Shown here piece by piece: positions 19,216 to 28,135 of a stretch of DNA of 64,000 bases. Position 1 is the first letter of the stretch. Every line of letters starts with the position of its first letter. Made by a program: the position numbers and the translations under genes. Origin of the DNA: an uncultured Candidatus Rokubacteria bacterium (lineage in GTDB: Bacteria > Methylomirabilota > Methylomirabilia > Rokubacteriales > DASRDR01); contig CAWDVE010000014.1 of the NCBI GenBank assembly GCA_963805625.1, forward strand, positions 148,299 to 212,298, read 5' to 3'. The notes under the pieces were generated by a model that made no database searches, was not told the origin of the DNA, and saw only the letters and a program-made list of their open reading frames with translations.

Positions 19216-19436
19216 CCGTCGCTCGCTTCCGGTCCGTCCTCCCGCCCCAGCCGGGGCGGCATGACGAAGGTTCAGCCAAGCTCCCGGCCCGGAAAGCTGC
19301 CCCGGGTCCGGAGCGGGCGGTAGCGACCAGTCTCGACCAGCTCCCAGGCCGGGGCGCGCTCCGTCACCGGAGCTACCGGAGGCGTCGCCTCCTCGCCGCT
19401 CGCCCGCGAATCGTCGGGCAACCCTGCCGCAGCCAT
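19212..19436 (-). CDS. Candidate 74-aa selenoprotein of unknown function (RELG-U-TFVMPP)
   Basis: RBS GGGAGAGGGAG and ATG at 19436; in-frame TGA at 19272-19274 with a downstream hairpin; the read-through stop overlaps the fwdB ATG (ATGA). Confidence 0.55.
19242..19259 (-). promoter_or_regulatory. Candidate SECIS for the small ORF
   Basis: Perfect 7-bp stem CCGCCCC/GGGGCGG with a GGCU loop, 12 nt after the UGA. Confidence 0.55.
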
Positions 19437-19464
19437 GACGGCTCTCCCTCTCCCGAAACGGCTA

Positions 19465-19821
19465 CTACCCTGACGCCGGACCTTCGGACCCGACGGGCTC
19501 GACCTCGACTTCCCAGCCCTTCGACGTGGGCATCCCGGTCCCGTCGGTGCCGCCGCCCATGAGCCGGCAGGTGGGGGGGCCATATGGGACGAAGATCATC
19601 CCCAAGGGCACCTTCCCCTCAGTGCACTTGAAAGTGGCCTCACCGTACGGGGTCCGAACCTGGACACTTCCGCCCTGAGCGATGCCGACCGCCTTCATGT
19701 CCTCGGGATGCATCGTCAAGGTGCTCACGATGGCCTGGTACTCGGGGTAGTCTTTGCCCACGTTGACCTGCAGACCCTGCTTGGTCGTGCGACCGGCGTT
19801 CATGATGAACCGCTTGCCCAT
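19465..19821 (-). CDS. fwdD: Formylmethanofuran dehydrogenase subunit D (molybdopterin-dinucleotide binding)
   Basis: GRTTKQG, MHPEDM, GMIFVPYGP, TDGTGMPTSKG. Confidence 0.9.
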   Translation of the reverse strand: MGKRFIMNAGRTTKQGLQVNVGKDYPEYQAIVSTLTMHPEDMKAVGIAQGGSVQVRTPYGEATFKCTEGKVPLGMIFVPYGPPTCRLMGGGTDGTGMPTSKGWEVEVEPVGSEGPASG

Positions 19822-19949
19822 CGTTCCTCTCTCCGCATGAGGCTCGAGCGGGCGCACAACGGCGCCCGCACCTTCAATCACACCATAGCATGCGGCGTGG
19901 AGGAAGGTCAGGCCCAGACCGAGAAGCTACGAACCGGGTCGGTCAGCGC

Positions 19950-20220
19950 GTGACGGCGCTTCCGGCGCGACACTTTCGGGTGTTCCCGGGCGAGGGCGTT
20001 GCGGAGATGGCCGAGCTCGGCCGCCGGCTGGACAAGCCAGGGTACCGCGGGGACTACAGCTTCGAAGTCTTCAACGACGACTACTGCGCAGTTGCCGTTG
20101 CCGCTCGTGGCCGCCCGCGCCAGCCGATCCGTCAAGTGGATCACCGGCCGGATATCACGCCGCAGTCTGCCGGTAGCGCGCACCGATCACGTAGACGGCC
20201 GGTGCGCCGCGTCGGAGTGA
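19950..20220 (+). pseudogene. C-terminal remnant of a sugar-phosphate isomerase/AP-endonuclease-2 TIM-barrel gene
   Basis: ARHFRVFPGEG...GYRGDYSFEVFNDDY, then a frameshift; no N-terminal part. Confidence 0.6.
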
Positions 20221-20391
20221 GCCGCGGCACCGACGTCACATCGCGGCTGATGAACCGGCTGCGCCCTCCCCGCCAGAGGGCAAACGTGAGCCGCGTGGCG
20301 CGACCCCCGGCGGCCAGGACCCGGTAGGACAGCACCCGGTAGCCCCGGCCGCGGTTTCAGAGACGGTGTCAGCTGGGGCTCCGGCGCGATC

Positions 20392-20637
20392 TTAGGCCGC
20401 CCGCTTTGATCGACAGGCTCTACAGGTGCGCTGGGCCTTCGAGACGCTCTCGAAATCCCGGCCGCAGCTCAGGCAAGAGAGGTGGCGAATGCCCTCGGGC
20501 CACAGATTGACGGAATCAGCAGATGCCCTGCATTGAAGGTGCACCATCTCTCCGTGCTCGAGGATGCGGTAGGCGCCGAGTAGCATCGGGGAGGAACAAA
20601 CAGGACACGTCGAGCTCAACGTGACCATGGATCCCAC
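20392..20637 (-). CDS. Small putative double zinc-finger protein
   Basis: CPVC..HLQC..CLSC..CRAC in 81 aa; RBS GGAAAGGTGG. Confidence 0.6.
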   Translation of the reverse strand: MGSMVTLSSTCPVCSSPMLLGAYRILEHGEMVHLQCRASADSVNLWPEGIRHLSCLSCGRDFESVSKAQRTCRACRSKRAA

Positions 20638-20734
20638 CTTTCCGTTCAGGAACGATCGCTCCGTTGACGCCGGTACCTCGAATATCCGGCGTCCATCGGC
20701 AGCGGTCGGGCCTGTCGTGGTTCAATCGCATCCA

Positions 20735-20983
20735 TCACGGGCGGGACTCAGGCGACGTGTCATCTGGTCGTGGCGTCCAGGCTCCCGTCGCATACTCACG
20801 CAAGGCCTGCACGAGCACTCGGCGCAACGTGGTGTTCTCGCTCACCGCGCGGACGCGCGCCGCTCGCTGGACGGGCCGCGGCACGCCGCGCACCAGGTAG
20901 ATGCCGCTCGTCGCCAGGCGAGCCAGGACGCGAGTCGATCCGGAGCGGCTTCCCCTCATGGACACGTTCATCGTCAGTCCCAT
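20735..20983 (-). CDS. Small ribbon-helix-helix-like protein
   Basis: IYLVRGVPRPVQRAARVRAVSENTTLRRVLVQALREY pattern; RBS GGGAGGG. Confidence 0.5.
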   Translation of the reverse strand: MGLTMNVSMRGSRSGSTRVLARLATSGIYLVRGVPRPVQRAARVRAVSENTTLRRVLVQALREYATGAWTPRPDDTSPESRP

Positions 20984-21207
20984 ATCCGTTCCCTCCCAGC
21001 GAACAGCACTGCTCCCATCCCCGGGACCGTGACGCTCCCGCATGCACCCCCCTCAGAGAACCGCGCACGTCCACTCGACTCCGGGCGGCCGTCGGGGCCA
21101 ACGTGGAAGAGAGGATCGGCGGTCAGGACGGCGGCGTCTTAGCCAGGACACCCGGCGCGTGAGCGCGTGATGTTCGGAGCCATCTCCGCATGCGCCGCTC
21201 CGAACCC

Positions 21208-21600
21208 CTAGCTCGTCGGCATCAGCAGCGTTGCGCAAGCCTCGGCCACGCGGCGATCGGCCTCCTGTTCACCCGGCATCGTCGCCCACCCCTGCTTGCC
21301 GACGTACTCACCGCGCTGCCAGCTGCTCTCGTCCTTCAACGCCGCGAGCTTCTGCCCCTTCCCGAGATCCTTCGTGGATTGAGTGACGCAGATCGGGGCC
21401 AGGCGCCGGACCACCGCGTCGGAGGCCATGGTCGCCGCCGTCTCCCGAGCCGTGCCTCCCGTGACCCAGCCGCCCCAGCTGAAGCCGACGATCATCGTGA
21501 GCACCGCCGAGGCCGCGCACGCCCAGAAGAGCACCGTCTTCGTGGGGCGCGCCTCGCTCCAGCGCTGTCCAAGACTCAGCTTCCCTCGGTTCGTGTCCAT
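21208..21600 (-). CDS. Conserved hypothetical membrane-anchored protein
   Basis: MIVGFSWGGWVTGGTA..LAPICV..GWATMPG..VAEACA; RBS GGAAGGAG. Confidence 0.8.
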   Translation of the reverse strand: MDTNRGKLSLGQRWSEARPTKTVLFWACAASAVLTMIVGFSWGGWVTGGTARETAATMASDAVVRRLAPICVTQSTKDLGKGQKLAALKDESSWQRGEYVGKQGWATMPGEQEADRRVAEACATLLMPTS

Positions 21601-21715
21601 GCGTTGGCTCCTTCCCTGTGACCGCGACACCGGTTGAGGTCGTCGATCGCCTGCGCCGCCGCCTTCGGGCTGACGCAGCGGGAGGCCGCCGGGGCAGCCA
21701 TGGGGGCGGGACCTC

Positions 21716-21742
21716 CATACTGTATGCATACAGTAGTACAGT
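21716..21742. promoter_or_regulatory. GntR operator copy 1, overlapping a minus-strand sigma70-like promoter
   Basis: CATACTGTATG-N7-TAGTACAGT; TTGACA on the minus strand near 21754-21759. Confidence 0.7.
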
Positions 21743-22247
21743 TCGTGTGGACGTGTCAAGGCCTCGCCGGCGGAGAAACCGCGCATGGGGCGCGGCCCGT
21801 CCCTTGTCGCCCGGCCGGTCGAGGCGGGGTCCATCCGGTGAGGACCGGAGCTAGATTGGCGCCCGTCGCCAGACGCACGGCGCGGGATCCCTGTCGAGCC
21901 CGCCAGCCCCCGCCAAGGCCCGCCAAGATCCGAGCGACGCGCGGGCCAGGAGCGGCTAGGCCGCCCGCTTCGTGATCGCCTGCCCGCACGTCGGGCAGGC
22001 ATAGCGCGTGATCTTGCGGTCCACGTCGTGCCGGCGGAGTGGAGCCGCCGGCATGGGCTTCCCCTTGTCAGGGCAGTTCGAGGTCGGACAATTCGGTGCT
22101 TCCGCCATTGCATCCTCCTGGGGGATACAGGTTCAGGCCAGGCCGGTCACGCAGGCTCGAGACGGGCGGCGCCTTGCCCCCGGATCGTCAGTCACGCCTC
22201 AGAACGGTCCCGGCGCGGCCCTTCGCCTCTGGATCGGGCTGCGACCT

Positions 22248-23426
22248 TCAGGGCATCTGCTCGCGCACCAGATCCCGGCCCAGGCCGGTGTCGGCGGCAT
22301 CCGGCATGCCCATCCGTCGCAGCCACCGGAAGTGGGAGGCGATTCCCGCCCAGAACGATCTGTGCACCGTGTACCGGATCCCGAACTCTCGGCAGGTCTG
22401 CTCCACCAGCTCCGATATCGCCGGGTAGTGAACGTGGCTGATCCGGGGAAACAGATGATGCTCGATCTGGAAGTTCAGCCCACCCACGAGCCACGACATG
22501 ATGCGACTGCGGCGGGCGAAATTCACGCTCGTCTCGGCCTGGTGAACGGCCCAGGCGTGCTCGATGCGACCAGTGCTTGCGCGAGGCAAGGGAAATTCTG
22601 CCTCTTCGACGCAGTGGGCCACCTGAAACACCACGCTGAGCAGGAAGCCCATGACGATCCCGCTGAGGACGTAGTAGCCGAGAACGACGAATAGCCGATG
22701 AAATTGCAGCGGAATCCCGAAGGCCAGCGTGAAGAAGACAACCTTGCCGGCCACGAAGATCACGAGCTCCCAGCCCCTCGGACGAGGCACGCGGTGGAAA
22801 TTGATGCGGCCCCTGATGATCCGACGGAAATCGTCCAGGCACTGCCATTTGATCGCCAGAAACCCATAGAGCGGCCACAGATACAGGTGCTGCCATCGAT
22901 GAAACGGAAGCCGCTTCTGGTCCGGCGCCAGCCGCGCGAGGGGGGCGAGATCGATGTCGGTATCGTGGCCAGCGACGTTAACGTACGTGTGATGGAACAC
23001 CCCATGCTTCCAGCGCCACAAGTAGGAGCTCCCGCCGATCAGCTCCAGGGTCAATGCCGTGAGCCGGTTGACCCAGGGGTGATTCGAGTAAGCTCGATGG
23101 CCGCCGTCGTGCTGGACGTTGAGGCCGATCCCCGCTGCAAACAGACCGAGCAAGATGGCCAGGGGCACGCCCTCGATCCAGGTCCGGGCCAGGAACACCA
23201 GCGACACGTACGCACCCGCGAACCCCATGAGGAGGATCGCCGTCTTCACGTACATCTGCCAGCAGTCGCGTTGCCGCCGACCGGTGGTCCAGAAATGCTC
23301 CGTGACGCGACGCCGAAGCGCGAACTGGAAGGCCGTATCGTGACTGAAGCTCAGTGCTCTTGCCGATGACGCGGTTCGAGCCCGTTGGCTTCTGGGTCGG
23401 ACGGGAGTCTCCTGCGCGTTGTTCAT
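22248..23426 (-). CDS. Membrane fatty acid (acyl-CoA) desaturase
   Basis: Three His boxes HDGGH, HGVFHH, QIEHHLFP. Confidence 0.92.
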   Translation of the reverse strand: MNNAQETPVRPRSQRARTASSARALSFSHDTAFQFALRRRVTEHFWTTGRRQRDCWQMYVKTAILLMGFAGAYVSLVFLARTWIEGVPLAILLGLFAAGIGLNVQHDGGHRAYSNHPWVNRLTALTLELIGGSSYLWRWKHGVFHHTYVNVAGHDTDIDLAPLARLAPDQKRLPFHRWQHLYLWPLYGFLAIKWQCLDDFRRIIRGRINFHRVPRPRGWELVIFVAGKVVFFTLAFGIPLQFHRLFVVLGYYVLSGIVMGFLLSVVFQVAHCVEEAEFPLPRASTGRIEHAWAVHQAETSVNFARRSRIMSWLVGGLNFQIEHHLFPRISHVHYPAISELVEQTCREFGIRYTVHRSFWAGIASHFRWLRRMGMPDAADTGLGRDLVREQMP

Positions 23427-23638
23427 CTCTCTCTCTCGACGAGTTTAGAGGGCATACCGGCGCCATGGGTCGCCCGTATGCCATGTGCGGACGAAGAAGA
23501 CCGCGGTCCCACAGGCGCTCACACGTGGCCGATGCCGCGGGAGCAGATCGGGGCGGCGTTCTTCGCGGCCGGTGCCGCCGGCACCATTCCACCCGGTCCT
23601 CCGGTGGCCCCTGCCGTGAACGTTCGAGGCGACCTCCA

Positions 23639-23911
23639 CTACAGGCGCATCTCCAAACTGGCGATCTGCGCGACGGACCGCCCGATGTGCCAGCCGAGCA
23701 GTGAGGCGAGTCCGCTCAACACCCCGGCATCGTCGCGTAGCACGGCGAAGTACCGGCCGGCCGCATCTTCCATGGTGAGGGTCAGGGACTGCGCCGCGAG
23801 ATCTCCGCGCGCCGCGACCAGGACACCGCGCTCGTCCCTGGCCCCTTGGCTGGCTCCGGTGCTCGCGGCTCGCCAGTTCGGCGGCCAGCACGGCAAGTCT
23901 CGTACCATCAT
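23639..23911 (-). CDS. Hypothetical protein
   Basis: Plausible 90-aa ORF (VRDLPCWPPNW...IGRSVAQIASLEM) co-directional with its neighbours. Confidence 0.5.
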   Translation of the reverse strand: MMVRDLPCWPPNWRAASTGASQGARDERGVLVAARGDLAAQSLTLTMEDAAGRYFAVLRDDAGVLSGLASLLGWHIGRSVAQIASLEMRL

Positions 23912-23949
23912 GCGCGTCTCCCGGCGGCGGATCGGCGACGCCTCCGTCA

Positions 23950-24306
23950 TCAGAGGTCCTTCAACCGGTCCGTTGCCTCCTGGAGCCTTTGCCGGTCGTC
24001 TCCACCGGCCACGGCTCCACTGGCTTCGGGTACGGTCACGTCCGAGAGCTTCTGATTGGCAGCGACGATCCACTTGTCGATCTGTTCGATCCACAGCGGG
24101 ATCAGGGCTTCCTCGCTCGTGAAAGTCAAAGCCCGATTCCGAATCGTGATCCGACTCGGATGATGGGGCTCCTTCCAGTCATCCGGCGCCTGGAAGGCGC
24201 GGCGCCATGCCGGTGAGGGTGTCGCATTGAGCGCCACGCTCAGGTCGTATTCCGGACCCCGCACGGCGATCGGAATGGGCGGGCCGATGCGCTTGATGTC
24301 GTCCAT
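23950..24306 (-). CDS. Hypothetical protein
   Basis: Protein-like composition (LNATPSPAWRRAF...IDKWIVAANQK); RBS GAGAG. Confidence 0.6.
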   Translation of the reverse strand: MDDIKRIGPPIPIAVRGPEYDLSVALNATPSPAWRRAFQAPDDWKEPHHPSRITIRNRALTFTSEEALIPLWIEQIDKWIVAANQKLSDVTVPEASGAVAGGDDRQRLQEATDRLKDL

Positions 24307-24324
24307 GTCACTCTCGGTCAGTCT

Positions 24325-24516
24325 TCATCTCGAAGCAGGGTCGAGAGACGTGGTTGTCGATGGGCTCGACGGCGGCACCTCCGCGCGCCGCTGGGCCGCG
24401 GCCAGGCACCGATCATGAATCACGTTGTCGCGTCGCATGAAGATGAGCGCCGTGCCTGGAGGAATGGACCGTGAACAGACTGGGCAAACCGGATCACACG
24501 CCGTGTCGGAAAGCAT
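24325..24516 (-). CDS. Small CxxC...HxxC zinc-finger microprotein
   Basis: CPVCSRSI...VIHDRC; RBS GGAGAGGG. Confidence 0.55.
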   Translation of the reverse strand: MLSDTACDPVCPVCSRSIPPGTALIFMRRDNVIHDRCLAAAQRRAEVPPSSPSTTTSLDPASR

Positions 24517-24629
24517 GACTCACCCTCTCCTTCTGGCCGCCGGGTCTGGGACCTGGACCGTGGGCATCAGCCGCGAGCGGCTGGGTCCTGCACTGAACCG
24601 AGTCGCGAGCCCCCACATGACGGTGGTCG

Positions 24630-25739
24630 TCACGCTGTCCTCTTTCTCGGTCCGCGGCTCCCCCGAGCGGCTGCCGTTTTTCCGTCTCGGCGAGGCCGGC
24701 TCCGAGGCGAGCGGCCTGGAGCGACCGGCGGCCGGACCGTCTCCGGGCGAGCGGACAGCGGGGCGGGCGGGCGGTCCCCATCCTGTTGCGCCAGGATGGT
24801 CCCGAGTATCTGGATGGCCCGCTCGTTGAGCGCACGATCGTCGACGATCACTGGCACTGTGGGCCCTACGAGGTCCCGCACTCGCGCCGCGGCCGCGGTG
24901 GGACAGACGATCGCGTCCACCCTCCGCACCAGCCGACTCAGCGCCGGGCCCTCGGCCGGGCCCACCTCAACCCGCGTGATGTTCGGCAAGGTCGCGTTGG
25001 CGATCGAGTGCTCCAGGTTGTGAGCCGTCTCTCGCCCACCGGAGACCACGCCCACTCGCGTTCCTGCCGGTAGCCGGGCCAGTCGGTGGAGAGTCTCCAG
25101 ATGCACCTCGGCGAGAAGCGCGACCACCGGCACCCCCAGTCCGTCCAGCCGGCGCTCCACCTCCGGGAGGTGCCCGAAGCTTGTCACCGCGGCGGCCCAG
25201 CGATGGGTCCCGGTCTGCCGCCGGACGCTGGTCGCCAGGTCCTTCAGGAGCACCTTGGCCACCCGGACCGGGAGGTGGGCCTGGAGCTCCCGTGCGAAGA
25301 AGTCGAGCTCCGGTTCGCTGCACTCCACGAGGAGGACCTCGGCGGCCTCCCGAAGAACGGCCAGCCCGACGCTGGCCACGCTCAGGACGCCCACGGCCAC
25401 GTCGTCGGGGGTCATGCGGAGGGCCGCCGCCCGGATCACCGTGTCCTTCAAGAAGTCTTCCCGCAGGGTCGGAGCCGGGCGGGCCGGCGGCGTCGAGGCC
25501 ACGAATACCCCTTTGCCCCGCCGCGCCTCCACGTATCCGCTCCGCTTGAGATCCTCGATCGCGCGCGCCACCGTGTTCGGGTTGATGCCGAGGAAGCCCG
25601 CCAACTCCCGGATGCTCGGCAAAGCCTGGTCTCGCGGCACGCCGCCGCCCTCGATCACATGCTTCAGCTGCTCCGTCAGCTGCCAGCGGATCGGGATGGG
25701 GCTGTGGGCATCAACACGGAGTCGCGCCGGGATAGTCAT
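24630..25739 (-). CDS. GntR family regulator (YtrA-like HTH with an extended C-terminal domain)
   Basis: PIRWQL, LPSIRELA..INPNTVARA..RRGKGVFV. Confidence 0.9.
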   Translation of the reverse strand: MTIPARLRVDAHSPIPIRWQLTEQLKHVIEGGGVPRDQALPSIRELAGFLGINPNTVARAIEDLKRSGYVEARRGKGVFVASTPPARPAPTLREDFLKDTVIRAAALRMTPDDVAVGVLSVASVGLAVLREAAEVLLVECSEPELDFFARELQAHLPVRVAKVLLKDLATSVRRQTGTHRWAAAVTSFGHLPEVERRLDGLGVPVVALLAEVHLETLHRLARLPAGTRVGVVSGGRETAHNLEHSIANATLPNITRVEVGPAEGPALSRLVRRVDAIVCPTAAAARVRDLVGPTVPVIVDDRALNERAIQILGTILAQQDGDRPPAPLSARPETVRPPVAPGRSPRSRPRRDGKTAAARGSRGPRKRTA

Positions 25740-25763
25740 ACTGTATGAGTGACATAGTACAGT
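25737..25763. promoter_or_regulatory. GntR operator copy 2 (autoregulatory), overlapping the start codon and -10
   Basis: CATACTGTATG-N7-TAGTACAGT; minus strand TTGACG-N16-TACTAT. Confidence 0.7.
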
Positions 25764-26167
25764 ATGCACAATTCCCGTCAAGGGTGAAAAAGTCGACTCG
25801 GCGGGGCCCGGAGCCCGTGACGTGCGCGGCCGCGGGGTGCCACCACTCCTGGCTTCGGAGTTGGCTTGGGAGTCGGCGCGGGCGCATCCAGAACCGAGAA
25901 GCCCGCCGGGTTGACCGGGGCACCCCCGGAAAGGAAGTATCCTGGGAGTAGGTCCCAGACCTCGAACGCCGGACGAAACCTGGGTCGCCTCGCCGCCCCA
26001 GAAGCGGACGGCAAGGCCCGTTCGCGCAGCCCTTCGCTCGGTTACATCGGGATCGACGGGACGCCGGCGATCAGCGTCTTCGTGTCGGAGCAGGACCGAG
26101 GCGCGGTCCAAGTGAGGCCGACCTCGCCTGAGGCACCCCGGTGGTCATCCGAACGGGCCGGCCGCTC

Positions 26168-26584
26168 TTAGCCCGACGACGGGAACGCCGACGGGCGAGA
26201 TGACCCGCGCAGCGGCAAGAGCCGCCAGCGGCCGTAGGCGACGAACGCCGCGAGGAGTCCCACCACCAGCGGGATCAGCGCGGGCGCTGGACCCATGGTC
26301 GCCAGCGTGATCCCCGTCGCCCCGATCATGATGAGCACCAATCCGGCGGCGGCCAGCGGTGTCAGACCCGGCCGGATGTGCAGGAGACCGGGCAGGATCA
26401 GTCCGATCGCGCCGAGCACCTCGGCGATCCCGAGGAGCCGCAGGAAGAGGCCCGGCAGCGCCACGTCCTTTGTCATCTCCTCGATCGGCAGGATCAGCTT
26501 CGTGGCCCCGGCGAATAGAAAGGTGAACGCGAGCAGTCCCTGCACGATCCACAGTGTGCAGGTCAGACGCTTTGCTTCTGCCAT
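26168..26584 (-). CDS. DoxX-like family membrane protein
   Basis: LWIVQGLLAFTFLFAGATKL, GIAEVLGAIGLILP, LTPLAAAGL. Confidence 0.88.
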   Translation of the reverse strand: MAEAKRLTCTLWIVQGLLAFTFLFAGATKLILPIEEMTKDVALPGLFLRLLGIAEVLGAIGLILPGLLHIRPGLTPLAAAGLVLIMIGATGITLATMGPAPALIPLVVGLLAAFVAYGRWRLLPLRGSSRPSAFPSSG

Positions 26585-26805
26585 CCTTCTTCTCCTTGGT
26601 CAGTCCGGTCGGCTCCGCAGCGAGCGGAGCCGCATTGGCAGGCCAGCCCCGCCAAGTCGGATCGCATCGGCCAGCCGACTACTGAGCGAACTCCGTCCCG
26701 CCTCGGGCCCGGCGGGCACCATCGCCGGCAAGTCTTCTGGCAGCTCGGCGGAGCCCGCACCGTCGTACGCGGGCGGGACCGGCTCCCGTTCGGCGAATCG
26801 CCACT

Positions 26806-27345
26806 CTATGCCCTGGGAACCGCTTCCGCCACCGCTTTCATCTGCGCCAGCCCCTTCTCGAACTGGCCGCCGATCATCTTGTCCATGCTCATGAACAGGC
26901 AAAGAGCCTTGGCGATGAAGTTGTTCTTGCCGGTCATGCTCCACGTGACGGCGGTCTGGTCGCCCTCGGGCTTGAAGGTGAACTCCGCGGTGCTGGTGCC
27001 CGCGAAGGGCTTCAAGAACTTGAGGTCGATCGTGATCAGGTCGTTCGGGCGGCTCTCCGTCATCGTCATGCGCCCTTCGCCCACCTCGGAGTTGCCGATC
27101 CACGTGTAGATGGCGCCGGCTCCGGCGGGCGCGCCCTCGTAGGTCTGCTTGATCGCCGGATCGAGCTTCGCCCACGGATTCCAGGCTTCCCACTTGTGGA
27201 AGTCGTTCACCTGCGCGAACACGGCCGGCGCCGGGGCGGCGATGGTGGTCGTCCTCGCGATGCGGAACTCGGACGGCTGCATGGCCACGAGGCCGAGGAA
27301 CGCGATGACGATCACCGCGAGACCGATGAAGATCTTCTTCAGCAT
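26806..27345 (-). CDS. SRPBCC/polyketide cyclase family protein
   Basis: N-terminal TM, VNDFHKWEAWNPW, GEGRMT, FLKPF, DKMIGGQFEKGL. Confidence 0.88.
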   Translation of the reverse strand: MLKKIFIGLAVIVIAFLGLVAMQPSEFRIARTTTIAAPAPAVFAQVNDFHKWEAWNPWAKLDPAIKQTYEGAPAGAGAIYTWIGNSEVGEGRMTMTESRPNDLITIDLKFLKPFAGTSTAEFTFKPEGDQTAVTWSMTGKNNFIAKALCLFMSMDKMIGGQFEKGLAQMKAVAEAVPRA

Positions 27346-27379
27346 GGTAATTCTTCTCCGGGCTGGCTTGGGGCCGACG

Positions 27380-27814
27380 CTACGGGGTCCTTCGGTCATG
27401 GCTCCGCCCCGATGCTCGTCGATCGCCGAGGGACACCGCCACCGCCGGTGGCGGATGCAGCTCCGTCGGCAGACCAGGTATCTCGATGACCGGCCGGACT
27501 TCGACGGTGCCACGGCGGGCCATCGGAATCCGTGCGGCGATGGCGATCGCCTCGTCGAGATCCCGGGCCTCGACCAGGAAGTAGCCGCCCAGCTGCTCCC
27601 GAGTCTCCGCGAACGGACCGTCTGTCACGAGTCGTCTGCCGTCGCGCACCCGCACGCTGGCCGCCATCGACGTGGGGTGCAGCGGGGCGGCCGCGAGATA
27701 CTGCCCGGCGGATTCGAGCTCGTGCGCCAGCTCGGTGGACTCGCGGTAGCACTGCTCCCGCTCGGACTCGTCCAGGGCCCTCTCGGCCAGGTAGATCAGC
27801 AGCATGTACTTCAT
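27380..27814 (-). CDS. YciI/DGPF-family protein
   Basis: MKYMLLIY, VTDGPFAETREQLGGYF, GTVEVRP. Confidence 0.92.
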   Translation of the reverse strand: MKYMLLIYLAERALDESEREQCYRESTELAHELESAGQYLAAAPLHPTSMAASVRVRDGRRLVTDGPFAETREQLGGYFLVEARDLDEAIAIAARIPMARRGTVEVRPVIEIPGLPTELHPPPAVAVSLGDRRASGRSHDRRTP

Positions 27815-27838
27815 GCGTTGGCCTCCATTGTCGCCATG

Positions 27839-28135
27839 CTAGCCGCCCGCCATGGCGCCGACGATCAGGAAGGGCTCGACTCCCCTCGCGACCGTGTCGG
27901 GCAGCGGGGCGTCCGCTGGCTCGTGAGACAGGTCCTGCTCGCAGGCGAAGAACCTCACGAACGCTCGGCGCTGCTGCGTGACGTGATCGCGAATCGTCCC
28001 GCGCAGCATCGGATAGGAAGCCTCCAGGGTGTCGAGCACCGAGCGCTGCGTCACCGGGCCCTCGACGTCGAGTTTCACTTCACCGTCGACGTGCGCGAGC
28101 GTCCGCAGATGTGCCGGAAGCACGACCCGGATCAT
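27839..28135 (-). CDS. MoaD/ThiS ubiquitin-like protein
   Basis: [10 protein letters not shown]...RFFAC..., C-terminal AMAGG; ATGA-coupled to the upstream gene. Confidence 0.88.
   Translation of the reverse strand: MIRVVLPAHLRTLAHVDGEVKLDVEGPVTQRSVLDTLEASYPMLRGTIRDHVTQQRRAFVRFFACEQDLSHEPADAPLPDTVARGVEPFLIVGAMAGG

Noticed and set aside
21308-21718. ORF starting at the ATG within operator copy 1
   Set aside because: Low-complexity translation overlapping the better-supported gene 21208-21600 in another frame
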